Positions 1 through 8,902 of a stretch of DNA of 64,000 nucleotides are shown piece by piece. This DNA is from an uncultured bacterium (GTDB taxonomy: Bacteria; Bacillota_I; Bacilli_A; RFN20; CAG-826), in contig CASFKG010000002.1 in assembly GCA_949295325.1 (NCBI GenBank), positions 76,047-140,046 on the forward strand, written 5' to 3'. Numbering within the stretch: the first letter of the stretch is position 1; each line of letters starts with the position of its first letter. The notes beneath the pieces are model-generated. The model was not told the DNA's origin, searched no databases, and saw only the letters and a program-made list of their open reading frames with translations. The position numbers and the translations under genes were made by a program.

Positions 1-2
1 AA

Positions 3-290
3 ACCTACATCGACAATCCCCTTATCGCCGCCGAAGGGATACTCGGCAAATTATCCGCGAAGACCGGCATCGACGCCTCGCTGATGGTGGCGATAGTCGC
101 GGTGAACGACGACTGCTTCCTGACCCCGTACCGCAACCGGGGTTCGTCCCCCCTGCTAGTTCCGTTGGGACGGCTCCGGGAAACGATTGGAAACTACGAA
201 TCTCGCGAAGTGCCGTGCTTGCAAAAGGACGAACTTTGGCAGACTATACATGACCTCTATGATTTCTACAAAAAACCAAGCGCGGCCTGA
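3..290 (+). CDS. 3' end of an upstream gene (partial; product unknown)
   Basis: Frame 3 is open from the window edge to TGA at 288-290 with a protein-like translation (…IDNPLIAAEGILGKLSAKTGIDASLMVAIVAVNDD…). The other two frames are Arg-rich nonsense. Confidence 0.3.
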   Translation, partial: TYIDNPLIAAEGILGKLSAKTGIDASLMVAIVAVNDDCFLTPYRNRGSSPLLVPLGRLRETIGNYESREVPCLQKDELWQTIHDLYDFYKKPSAA

Positions 291-1359
291 ATCGATAACG
301 CGCCTCTCTCTAAGGCAACTAAGGGAAAACGCCGGCAAGTACGCGGCGGCCGATCTTTCCTATCTGGCGATGGGACTATTGGGAATCGCCCTGATGTTCC
401 TTTCCGGCAGCCTCGGCTTCCTCTCGATACCTTTCATAACCATTCCCTTCGCCTTCGCGGCCTCCGGCTGCATGGCCGCCATAAGCAAGGGCGGGGATCT
501 AAGCAACGCGGCTTTCTTCAGCGGCTACCGTGCCTATTTCCTGCCCCCGTACCAGGGCTCCTACCGGGTCATTTGGAGCTACGTCAAGGCCTTCTTCATC
601 GGAACGGTGCTTTCCTCGTTCCTTAGCATGCTCGTCGCCGAGATATTCGCCGGGGTCTATCCGACTTTCGAAGCCGATTTGGCCAGTGCCGCCGAAATGC
701 TCATGGGCCTAGACGCCTCCATCGTCGACTTCATCGGCGATTCCGAAAGCCTCAGGCTATTCGTCTTGACGATTGGGGTAATCGAAACCGGTATCGTCTC
801 GGTCATCTACGTCATGTTCCTCGTGGCCGAAGCCCCCAATCCCTTTTTCCGGAACACCGCCAAGGGCTTCAACGGGAACGGCATCAAGGCCTTGAAAAGG
901 CTGATAAACGAAAAAAGCGGCGGCTCTCTCCGCAAGGACTACCTGAAGGCCGTTTGGCCGGTTTACCTGCTGTTGCCCCTTTTCTTTGCGGCTGCTGCGG
1001 CGGCCGCCTATTTCGTCCCGGTCTATAATGCCGACGTCGTCCTCAAGACCGATTTCTGCCTGAGCTGCGGTTCGGCCGGACTGTTCCTCTGCACGGTCAT
1101 CGTGCTTCCCTACGTTTCCCTCGTCTCTTCCAACCTAGCCGACAAGTACCAAAGGGATTTCATGTCGGCGGCCTACGACCTATCCAAACGGGCCATCGAC
1201 ATGGCGGAGATGCAGCGCCGGGCCCAAGAAGACGCCCTCCGCCAGATGCAGAGGGAACTAGACGAAGCCCGCCGGGAGAACGAGGAAGCCAAGGAAAAGC
1301 TCAATCCCGACGGCGGCCGCCACGGCGGCACGGACGGCGGTGACAACCAGGGGGCATAG
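259..1359 (+). CDS. hypothetical membrane protein with a C-terminal coiled-coil and Gly-rich tail
   Basis: Long ORF 187..1359. The likely start is ATG 259, 8 nt after a TATACA(T) -10-like hexamer (leaderless pattern). It has several hydrophobic helices, then QRRAQEDALRQMQRELDEARRENEEAKEKL and a GGRHGGTDGGDNQGA tail. No known domain recognised. Confidence 0.5.
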   Translation: MISTKNQARPESITRLSLRQLRENAGKYAAADLSYLAMGLLGIALMFLSGSLGFLSIPFITIPFAFAASGCMAAISKGGDLSNAAFFSGYRAYFLPPYQGSYRVIWSYVKAFFIGTVLSSFLSMLVAEIFAGVYPTFEADLASAAEMLMGLDASIVDFIGDSESLRLFVLTIGVIETGIVSVIYVMFLVAEAPNPFFRNTAKGFNGNGIKALKRLINEKSGGSLRKDYLKAVWPVYLLLPLFFAAAAAAAYFVPVYNADVVLKTDFCLSCGSAGLFLCTVIVLPYVSLVSSNLADKYQRDFMSAAYDLSKRAIDMAEMQRRAQEDALRQMQRELDEARRENEEAKEKLNPDGGRHGGTDGGDNQGA

Positions 1360-1394
1360 TCGCCCATTTTAGTTTGTCTTGGTATCATTCCCGC

Positions 1395-2345
1395 ATGGAA
1401 GAGAAACTGAGAAAAGCGAACAGGCTCAGGGTACGCTGCCTCGTAGCCATGGTTATTTCGATAATACTCGCCGCCGTCTTCGGTGCGGGCGGCTTTGCCG
1501 GAATGACGGTTTCGATGATTCTCCACTTCGATCCCGAATACCTGAAGTACCTCACGCTTGCCCTATGCGCCTTCTCCTTTTTGGTGGTGATGACCTTCTT
1601 CATATTGGTTGCGCTGAAACAGCCGTCGCGATACAAAAGGCACTTCTACGCCGTTTTTGCGCCGGAAGCCGTTGGAAATACCTACGAACGCTTCGCCTAT
1701 TCAAACGACAAAAGGAAAGCGGACGCGCTTTGCGGTAGGGCCGGCAAGCTATTGAAGAGAAGCCCGGACGTCGAAAACGTTTCCTATTACGAGGGGACTT
1801 ACGGGGGAGTCGGTTTTTCTTCCTTTGCCTACGAGTGCACGGGCCTGAAGGCCCGCCACTTCGGCGCCTTGGCCAAGGCAGAGGAAATGGAACGCAAGGG
1901 CAAAATCAGCGGACATGGGTCCACGGGGACGGCCAGCCTCTCCGGCCGTTTCTTCCTGCTGGAGTTCCAAGACGACCCCAAGGTTTCGCTTTACCTCCGG
2001 GACAAAAGGAACCTGGCTGCCTTCAAGAGACCGGAAAAGGATTACCGGCGTTTCGAAGGCGAGTCCACGCTCTTCGGAAGATACTACGAATGCCTCTACC
2101 GCGGCGACATCCAAGCGGCCTACGAGGCAATCGGTCCCTCCTTCCTTAGCCGCGTCTTGGCGCTGGAAGAGGATTACGGCGGCTACCTGACCCTCTTTAG
2201 CGAAGGCAAAAGCGTTCTCTGCTATTTCGAAAAATACGATTCCGGCTTGGGACTGGGCCTGGCCCGGAAAGCGACCGAGAACACCCTAAGATACCTTAGG
2301 GAGGAGCTGATGCTGCCGAAGCTTCTCATAAAGGCCGTGCTTTAG
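1395..2345 (+). CDS. hypothetical protein with two N-terminal TM helices and a soluble C-terminal domain
   Basis: ORF 1374..2345. An extended -10 (TGgTATCAT, 1380-1388) sits 6 nt upstream of ATG 1395, suggesting a leaderless start. N-terminus: VAMVISIILAAVFGAGGFAGMTVSMIL. No family recognised. Confidence 0.5.
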   Translation: MEEKLRKANRLRVRCLVAMVISIILAAVFGAGGFAGMTVSMILHFDPEYLKYLTLALCAFSFLVVMTFFILVALKQPSRYKRHFYAVFAPEAVGNTYERFAYSNDKRKADALCGRAGKLLKRSPDVENVSYYEGTYGGVGFSSFAYECTGLKARHFGALAKAEEMERKGKISGHGSTGTASLSGRFFLLEFQDDPKVSLYLRDKRNLAAFKRPEKDYRRFEGESTLFGRYYECLYRGDIQAAYEAIGPSFLSRVLALEEDYGGYLTLFSEGKSVLCYFEKYDSGLGLGLARKATENTLRYLREELMLPKLLIKAVL

Positions 2346-2517
2346 CCTTTTCCCCGCTATTCCCCTTGGCGGTACCATGTCCCGGACATGGTGTCTTCAA
2401 GGCTCCGGCACCCCGGCTTCCGCGCGGCGATGGGCTTCGGAGCTTTTGATTAACTATCGGGAATGGGTTTTGGCCTGGGGCGCTAGGTCAAAAGGAAGCA
2501 AAACGGGCTTGCCCCGG

Positions 2518-3420
2518 CTATTTCCCTATCCTTATTTCGGCGCGCGGTTCCATCGCGAAACCGTCGAATATCACTTCTTTTATTTCCGGGGCGGATATAT
2601 AGCCGCTTCTCGGGTTTTTGACCGAGATGATCGGGGTGGTGATATCGGCTTCGACGTCGCAGTTTTCGAAAGCCAAATCGGTATTGAGCATCCGGCAGTT
2701 GACGAGCTTCAGGTTCGTGCAGTTGACGAAGGGCTGGGTGCCTTCGATCGTGCAGTCGACGAAAGTGAGGCCGTCGCTGTACCAGGCAAGGTATTCTCCT
2801 TTTATGTACGAGTTCCTTATGACCCCTCCCTTGGCATGCCAGAAGGCGTCCTTGGTATCGAGCCTCGAATCGGAAACGGAGAGGTTTTCGTTGTACTGGA
2901 AGGAATACTTTCCCTTGAATTCCATGTTCCTTATGGAGAGGTTTGCGTTTTCGAAGAAGGCATAGACCCCCTCGAGCCTTAGACCCTCTATCCTCGTGTT
3001 CCGGCATTTCCAGCCGAATTCGTCGCTTGCGGCCGCTGAATCTATGATTGTTGTGCCGTCGCATTCCCGGAAGGCCTTTACCACGTTGAACTGGCACGAT
3101 TCGATTGTCGTGTCCTTGTCGTACCAGAATGGGGCACGGCTGTTTTCGAGGAAACGGCAGTTTCGGAAATAGGCCCCATCGGCATGCCAGCAGGGATAGC
3201 GCAGGTTGAAGAAGCAGTCGACGGCCTTGTAGTTCGAACACTCCTTGAGCGGGCTTTCGCCGTCGAGTTTTCCCTCGAAGCGGACGTTCCTTAGCTCCGT
3301 GTCCCTGAGCCCGTAAAGGGACCTCTCGGCCTCGTAAGATTGGTTTTCGATCGTTTTCACGGTTGCATTAAAACGCTTAACGGCAAGCAGGTCAAATACC
3401 TGCTGGTTATGGGCGTCCAT
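2518..3420 (-). CDS. DUF3737-like beta-helix repeat protein
   Basis: 300 aa with repetitive N/C/F-rich beta-helix-like segments (…CRFLENSRAPFWYDKDTTIESCQFNVVKAFRECDGTTII…ENCDVEADITTP…) typical of DUF3737 family proteins of Firmicutes. The call is by pattern memory only. Confidence 0.45.
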   Translation of the reverse strand: MDAHNQQVFDLLAVKRFNATVKTIENQSYEAERSLYGLRDTELRNVRFEGKLDGESPLKECSNYKAVDCFFNLRYPCWHADGAYFRNCRFLENSRAPFWYDKDTTIESCQFNVVKAFRECDGTTIIDSAAASDEFGWKCRNTRIEGLRLEGVYAFFENANLSIRNMEFKGKYSFQYNENLSVSDSRLDTKDAFWHAKGGVIRNSYIKGEYLAWYSDGLTFVDCTIEGTQPFVNCTNLKLVNCRMLNTDLAFENCDVEADITTPIISVKNPRSGYISAPEIKEVIFDGFAMEPRAEIRIGK

Positions 3421-3422
3421 GC

Positions 3423-5483
3423 CTAAAAGACCCGGATTATTTCCTCTTTGCTGACCCCGGAAGCGGATATCGTTATGACCGCGGTCGAGGGCTCGTCGAC
3501 CTTGACCGAGGCGATGTAAAAAGAGAGATGCCCGTGATGCAGAGAGGTCGGCTTTTCGCCCCGTATGTAGACGGGACCCTGAAGGTCGATGCTAACGGGG
3601 CAGTCCTCTTTCACCATCGTCCCGAAGCCGTCGACCAGCCTTACGTAAATGCGGGCGGAGTCGTAGGTCCGCATGTCGGTCAGGGAATCCTTGTAGAGGT
3701 CGACGTAGAGTTGGCGCTCGTCGCTTTTCCCGAAAGCCTTGCTTATGGTCGGGACGCCGGACCTCGAGGAGATGAACTGGTAGGTGCTTTCCCTTTTCGG
3801 GTCGGCAGCTTCGAAGAAGATGGACATGAGGGCCTCTTCGCTTATGCCGTGGCGCCTAAGCAGGGAAGAGTAGGGCAGCTTCTGCCATTTTCCCAATGGT
3901 TCCGGATAGGAAAGAGCCATCAGGTTAAGGAGCTTTTCGATTTTCCTTAGTTCCCGTTTCCGCAGGCCCTTGAGGGCATAGCCGGCCCTGATGAAATCCT
4001 TTATCAGTACCGGGGGATGCACCAACTCGCCGTAATGTTCGCGGTCGCCTTTGAAGACATCCAGAAGATAGCCGTCCTTGTAGACTTCGAGATAGTCGTC
4101 GTTGCTATAGGCGACGATGGCCCCGCCTTTCCCTTCCATGAAGGAGTCGTCGACCCTTAGCATCGGGCTCGCCAGCCTATTGGAGGCATAGGCAAAGCCG
4201 CTCAAGGACAGGAAACGGTCCTCGCCGGCCAGCCCGTTTTTGGCAAAGGCCTTTCCCGATATGTCCCCCAGGGCGTCCTCCTTATGGGCAAAAGAGAGGA
4301 AATCGATCGTATCGAGCCCGTTTTTGCATCTGTTTTCGCGGTCGTCTTCGATAATGAAGGGAATTTCGCTTCTCTTGGCTTCGCTTAGCATCTTCGCCCC
4401 TTCCGGCGCCCTCACGCGCGAATATTCAAGTAGCAGGCAGTCGCCGCCGTTATCGAGGTCGCGGCTGACAATGAGCGCCCCCTTGGCGTTTTTCCTTATC
4501 GCGTCGACCTCGCCTTTTTCCATGCCTTTCGGGATTATGGCCCCCATGAGTGAAGCATGCCGTCCGTAGAGATCAAGGAAGGAATCAACCCTCCTTAGAC
4601 TCCCCAGATCGAATAGGGAAAGAAGGCCGATTTCATCCGCCGACTTCAAGAGGTCGTGGCTCGGCTGGTATTGGCGCAGCACCATGAAATCGGCTCCCAG
4701 CCGCCTCCTCATGATCAGGACGTCTTCGTAGTGGGGCGAAAAGGGGACCGCGGCTCCCAGGCCGGGGAAGAGGGAACCGTATTCGACGCCGGAAAAACGT
4801 TTCTTGCGTCCGGCGATCAAGAGGGTGTTGCCCCGGACGAGGGAACTGTAAAAGCCTAGCCGCACCGATTTGCTTTCGGTTTCCTCCCCGCTATTTATCG
4901 TCATGACGAGGTCGTATAGTTCCGGCGATTTGGGACGGTAGAGCAAAATGTCGCTCAAGGTAGTGTGCGGATTATCGAAGTCCACTATCTTCCGCCCCCG
5001 CCTAAACAAGGAGAAGGTTATGTCCTTTCTCTCGTAGGGGCCGTCGGCTTTGTAATGGATGTCGATGGTGCCCGAATCGTCCCCCCGGGCATAGAGGTCG
5101 CTTATGTGCACCGGGCCGCTCGTCTCTATGTAAAGATAGGTCCTGACCCCGGGCGATTTGGAACCCGGATCCTGCGATACTTCGAGCAGTATTTCGTTTT
5201 CACCATCGAGGAAGGGGCCTTTTAGTTCGAGTTCCCCCCGAGTCAGCCTCCCTTCGATTTTCCCTTGGGCTACGCCGTTTAGGTAGACTTCGGCACTTCC
5301 TTCTATTCCTTCGTGGATTAGGAATTTCCTCTCGCCTTTTGGAAATTCGAAGGTCCGGCTCATGGAGAAGTGTCCCCCGTGCCTGAACAAAAAAGGGATG
5401 TCTAGCAGGAAAGAAGGCCCCTCTCCGTTACGGTTTGCCGAAACTTTCCAGTGCCGGTTCAGGCTGATGCGTTCCATATCCAA
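3423..5483 (-). CDS. glycoside hydrolase family 2-like protein (possibly non-catalytic)
   Basis: The N-terminus resembles a GH2 sugar-binding domain (NRHWKV…FEFPKGERKFLIHEGIEGSAEVYLNGVAQG…GENEILLEV). It is followed by a TIM-barrel-like block (GADFMVLRQYQPSHDLLKSADEIGLLSL). The canonical NHPSI/WSxGNE catalytic motifs were not found. It lies 2 nt upstream of 2518..3420, so the two are probably an operon. Confidence 0.45.
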   Translation of the reverse strand: MDMERISLNRHWKVSANRNGEGPSFLLDIPFLFRHGGHFSMSRTFEFPKGERKFLIHEGIEGSAEVYLNGVAQGKIEGRLTRGELELKGPFLDGENEILLEVSQDPGSKSPGVRTYLYIETSGPVHISDLYARGDDSGTIDIHYKADGPYERKDITFSLFRRGRKIVDFDNPHTTLSDILLYRPKSPELYDLVMTINSGEETESKSVRLGFYSSLVRGNTLLIAGRKKRFSGVEYGSLFPGLGAAVPFSPHYEDVLIMRRRLGADFMVLRQYQPSHDLLKSADEIGLLSLFDLGSLRRVDSFLDLYGRHASLMGAIIPKGMEKGEVDAIRKNAKGALIVSRDLDNGGDCLLLEYSRVRAPEGAKMLSEAKRSEIPFIIEDDRENRCKNGLDTIDFLSFAHKEDALGDISGKAFAKNGLAGEDRFLSLSGFAYASNRLASPMLRVDDSFMEGKGGAIVAYSNDDYLEVYKDGYLLDVFKGDREHYGELVHPPVLIKDFIRAGYALKGLRKRELRKIEKLLNLMALSYPEPLGKWQKLPYSSLLRRHGISEEALMSIFFEAADPKRESTYQFISSRSGVPTISKAFGKSDERQLYVDLYKDSLTDMRTYDSARIYVRLVDGFGTMVKEDCPVSIDLQGPVYIRGEKPTSLHHGHLSFYIASVKVDEPSTAVITISASGVSKEEIIRVF

Positions 5484-5526
5484 TAGGCTATACTAAACGG
5501 GCAGTTTAGGCAAAGAAAGGAGCCAT

Positions 5527-5826
5527 ATGTTTCCACTTACGAGGGAAGCCCGCGCCCTAGCGGACATATCGCGCTCCTCGACCGGGGCCCTGAAGAAGAA
5601 GGAACTTCTCGATATACTGCTGATCTACGAGGAAATCAGCGAAAACGAAGGCTTCATGAAATATATGAAAAAGGAGGAAGCCAAGTCGGCTTCCGTCTTG
5701 ATAGATAAGACCTGCCTGGCCTATTTCAGGGCTCTGGACGGCCCGGAAGCGAGAAGCCTAGTCCTCGAACTCGCAATGCTCGTAGACAGAGTCTACGCGC
5801 GGATGATCGTCTCGAAATACGGCTGA
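5527..5826 (+). CDS. hypothetical small protein
   Basis: A 99-aa ORF preceded by a good RBS (AAAGGAG, 7 nt spacer) and a TATACT -10-like box. No family recognised. Confidence 0.45.
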   Translation: MFPLTREARALADISRSSTGALKKKELLDILLIYEEISENEGFMKYMKKEEAKSASVLIDKTCLAYFRALDGPEARSLVLELAMLVDRVYARMIVSKYG

Positions 5827-5911
5827 TTGTACAGTGTAAGAAAAACAAGAGAATCATTCGCCAAACACTGAAACTTTAGTGTAAAACAACTAGAGAAAAG
5901 GCCTAATTGCC

Positions 5912-5940
5912 TTGCAAAGCGACGCAACCTGGGTTATATT
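5912..5940 (+). promoter_or_regulatory. sigma70-type promoter for tRNA-fMet (TTGCAA-17 nt-TATATT)
   Basis: -35 TTGCAA at 5912-5917 and -10 TATATT at 5935-5940, with a 17-nt spacer. It sits about 24 nt upstream of the tRNA 5' end. Confidence 0.55.
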
Positions 5941-5964
5941 TCACCGGCGCGTAGTAGCGTACAT

Positions 5965-6039
5965 CGCGGGGTAGAGCAGTGGTAGCTCGTCAGGCCCATA
6001 ACCTGAAGGCCGGTGGTTCAAGTCCATCCCCCGCAACCA
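5965..6039 (+). tRNA. initiator tRNA-fMet (anticodon CAT)
   Basis: Cloverleaf with anticodon loop CCCATAA and a C1:A72 mismatch at the top of the acceptor stem (CGCGGGG…CCCCGCA-A-CCA). It is near-identical in design to E. coli tRNAfMet, and CCA is encoded. Confidence 0.85.
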
Positions 6040-6048
6040 AAGGATAAA

Positions 6049-6072
6049 GCCCGGCATTGCCGGGTTTTCTTT
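6049..6072 (+). terminator. rho-independent terminator after tRNA-fMet
   Basis: Hairpin (G)CCCGGC-ATT-GCCGGG followed by TTTTCTTTTG. Confidence 0.6.
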
Positions 6073-6297
6073 TGCTTCCGTTAAATTAGATTATGAACAC
6101 TTGTCTATTTTTCCTTCGATTGCGCCTAGAAATTTCTAGTTTATAGACACTATTACATGTTTTGTCTATTTTCTTATAACATTAGCCATTTACATTTTTC
6201 TTGGCGAAACTATATTCATCTCGCCCCCGGACCTAGCCCCCTCTTCGTCCGGGGCTTTTTGTTTTCTAGCAACCCGAAGCGCTTTATAATGCGCTTA

Positions 6298-6894
6298 ATG
6301 AGCAAGATAAGCCGCGAAGAACCAAAACGCACCGCCGCCGCTATCGAATCCTTTGTCCAAGGGGAGTTCGATAGTCCATCCCTGGGTGTGGATTCGGAAG
6401 GCCGTTTCTGCATCCCGGTTGATCTGAGGGGCGAGGAGCTTTACGCCCCTTTCGCCGGGAAAAGCCGCCTGAACGACGATCTTTTCGCCGCGGTCGAGGA
6501 GGCCGCGAAACTATCGCATAAGCCCATTCACCTCGAGATGAAACTCGAGGAGGAAAGGCTGCCGGAAAAAGACCACGTGAGGCGGGGTTACTGCCGCCAC
6601 TACGAAGCGGAGATGGAAGAGACCAAGAGGAAAATCAAGAAACTGAACCTCCAGTCGCTGCTCCTGCTCGCCGTCGGCATCTTGTTCCTGGCCGGCTACG
6701 GACTGAGCCAATATTACCTCGGGGGCCACGAAATATATTTCATCGTGCCCGAAATACTTTCCATCGTCGCCTGGGTATTCGTCTGGGCCGCCACGGAGAA
6801 GTTCTTCTTCGATTCGAGGACCGAAAGGCTGCATTGGCTCAATTACCGGCGCCTCAAGAACGCTTCGATGACCTTCTACGTCGAAAGGAAATAG
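6298..6894 (+). CDS. hypothetical membrane protein (2 C-terminal TM helices), first gene of a glycolipid operon
   Basis: ORF 6157..6894, but 6157-6297 is AT-rich and non-coding-like. TATAAT at 6285-6290 sits 7 nt before ATG 6298 (MSKISREEP…), again a leaderless pattern. The stop lies 2 nt before the GT4 gene. Confidence 0.5.
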   Translation: MSKISREEPKRTAAAIESFVQGEFDSPSLGVDSEGRFCIPVDLRGEELYAPFAGKSRLNDDLFAAVEEAAKLSHKPIHLEMKLEEERLPEKDHVRRGYCRHYEAEMEETKRKIKKLNLQSLLLLAVGILFLAGYGLSQYYLGGHEIYFIVPEILSIVAWVFVWAATEKFFFDSRTERLHWLNYRRLKNASMTFYVERK

Positions 6895-6895
6895 G

Positions 6896-8059
6896 ATGAT
6901 CGTCTGCGTTGTAAGCGATGTTTTGGGCGAAGCCAATAACGGCACGACCATCGCCGGCTTGAATCTGATAAAGACATTGAAGGACCGGGGCTACGACGTC
7001 CGCATCGTCTGCCCGGACAAGGACAAAAGCGGCCAGATCAATTACTATATCGTCCCGACCTACAGCTTCGGCCCGCTCGATTTCATCGTCGAAGCCAACG
7101 GAGTGACTCTTGCAAAAGGCGACTCGCTCGTCCTCATGCGGGCCATGCAGGAGGCCGACGAAGTCCACGTGATGACCCCGTTTAGCCTTGGACGCAAGGC
7201 GGTCAAGGTGGCCTCCTACCTCGGAAAGCCCGTTTCCGCCGGCTTCCATATCCAAGCGGAAAACGTGACCGCCCATTTCTTTTTCCTCCAAGACATAAAG
7301 TGGGTGAACAAACTCGTCTACAAGGACTTCTGGAAGCACCACTTCCAGTACGTCGACGCCATACATTATCCAACCCAGTTCATCCGCGATACGTTCGAAA
7401 GCGCGATAGGGAGGAAGACGCCCGGATACGTCATATCGAACGGGGTCAACAGGGAATTCCATAAGCGGGACGTCGGCCGCCCGAACAATTTAAAAGGCAA
7501 ATTCATCATCTATTGCACGGGGCGCTATTCGAAGGAGAAGAACCAGAAACTGCTTATCAAGGCGGTTTCCCTTTCCAAGTACGCGGACAAAATCCAGATA
7601 ATCTTCGCCGGCGAAGGCCCGAGGAAAAGGCAGCTCGAGGCCCTAAGCCGGAAACTCCTCAAAAACCCGGCCATCTTCCAGTTCTTCACGCGGAGCGAAC
7701 TCGTGGACGCCTTGTCGATCGGCGACCTCTATGTCCATACCTCCTCGGTCGAGATAGAAGCCATCAGCTGCCTGGAAGCCATCAGCTGCGGGCTCGTGCC
7801 TTTAATAAACAACGCAAAAAGAAGTGCGACGCGTTACTTCGGCCTCGGCGAAAACAACCTATTCAGGGAAGACGACTACCGGGATCTTTCCAGGAAAATC
7901 GACTATTGGATCGAGCATCCCGAGGAAAAGGAGAAATGCGCGGAGTCCTACCAAGGCTACAGCAAGCAGTTCGACTTCGACTACTGCATGCAGAAGATGG
8001 TGGAACTCGTAGAAGAAACGGCGAAGATCAAGAAGGAGGGCAGAAGTGGCAGGCAGTAA
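6896..8059 (+). CDS. GT4-family glycosyltransferase, likely glycolipid (glycosyl-diacylglycerol) synthase
   Basis: GT-B/GT4 architecture with the E-X7-E motif (EIEAISCLEAISCGLVP). The N-terminus (MIVCVVSDVLGEANNGTTIAG) resembles monoglycosyl-DAG synthases. It is operonic with an acyltransferase. Confidence 0.7.
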   Translation: MIVCVVSDVLGEANNGTTIAGLNLIKTLKDRGYDVRIVCPDKDKSGQINYYIVPTYSFGPLDFIVEANGVTLAKGDSLVLMRAMQEADEVHVMTPFSLGRKAVKVASYLGKPVSAGFHIQAENVTAHFFFLQDIKWVNKLVYKDFWKHHFQYVDAIHYPTQFIRDTFESAIGRKTPGYVISNGVNREFHKRDVGRPNNLKGKFIIYCTGRYSKEKNQKLLIKAVSLSKYADKIQIIFAGEGPRKRQLEALSRKLLKNPAIFQFFTRSELVDALSIGDLYVHTSSVEIEAISCLEAISCGLVPLINNAKRSATRYFGLGENNLFREDDYRDLSRKIDYWIEHPEEKEKCAESYQGYSKQFDFDYCMQKMVELVEETAKIKKEGRSGRQ

Positions 8060-8837
8060 GGGAAAGGAGAGGATAATCTACTATAGCGATCCGCTGAACG
8101 ACGACTTCGCGGGAACGGGCCTGAAGAGGGTCCACCTCAAGAAGAACTACCATTACACCAGCCGGAACGTATTTTACAGATTCGTTTCCTTCCTCGTTTA
8201 TTACCTCATTGCCCTGCCGGTCCTCTATGTCGCCGGAAAGTTCTGGCGGGGAATCCGGGTCAAGGGGAAGAAAAGGCTCAAGGCCCTCAAAGGGAAAGGC
8301 GCCTTCTTCTACGGGAACCATACCCAGATAGCCGACGGATTCATGGTCCAGGTCTACTGCGTTCCCTGGCGCCGTACTTCCATCATCGCCGACCGTTCGG
8401 CTTTTGCCATCAAGGGCATCGGGTGGCTTCTCAAGATGATGGGGATGCTTCCGGTACCGGAAACCGTCGGGGAAACCATGGCCTTCATGAAGGCCATCGA
8501 GGATCTTAACAAAAGGAAAAACCACATCGTCATCTATCCCGAGGCCCATATCTGGCCCTTCTATACCGGAATAAGGCCCTTCAAGGAAAACGCCTTCGTC
8601 TATCCCAGCCAACTGCTGGCCCCGGTGGTTCCTTTCTGCGTCACTTATAGGAAAAGGAAGATCTTCAGGAACAAGTCGCCGAGGATGGACATCCACATCG
8701 GGCAGCCCGTCTATCCCGATGCTTCGCTTTCAATCCATGATAGGGCCAAGGCCCTCCGCGACAGGACCTACGATTTCATGGTGGAAACCGCCTCGAGCAA
8801 CGAAAACGTCGAATGGATTAAGTACGTCAGGAAATAG
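8046..8837 (+). CDS. lysophospholipid/1-acyl-sn-glycerol-3-phosphate acyltransferase family protein
   Basis: Carries the H(X4)D acyltransferase motif (FYGNHTQIADGF) and an N-terminal TM helix. Its start overlaps the GT4 stop by 14 nt. Confidence 0.65.
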   Translation: MAGSKGKERIIYYSDPLNDDFAGTGLKRVHLKKNYHYTSRNVFYRFVSFLVYYLIALPVLYVAGKFWRGIRVKGKKRLKALKGKGAFFYGNHTQIADGFMVQVYCVPWRRTSIIADRSAFAIKGIGWLLKMMGMLPVPETVGETMAFMKAIEDLNKRKNHIVIYPEAHIWPFYTGIRPFKENAFVYPSQLLAPVVPFCVTYRKRKIFRNKSPRMDIHIGQPVYPDASLSIHDRAKALRDRTYDFMVETASSNENVEWIKYVRK

Positions 8838-8868
8838 GCGAGCAAATGCCTGGCCTATTCGCCGCGTC

Positions 8869-8883
8869 TTGATATAATCAAGG
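8869..8883 (+). promoter_or_regulatory. palindromic operator over an extended -10 (CTTGAT-ATA-ATCAAG; TGaTATAAT) upstream of rubrerythrin
   Basis: Perfect 6-3-6 inverted repeat containing TATAAT (8874-8879) with an upstream TG. The RBS AAGGAG lies at 8887-8892. Confidence 0.45.
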
Positions 8884-8902
8884 GCAAGGAGAACCAAAAA
8901 AC

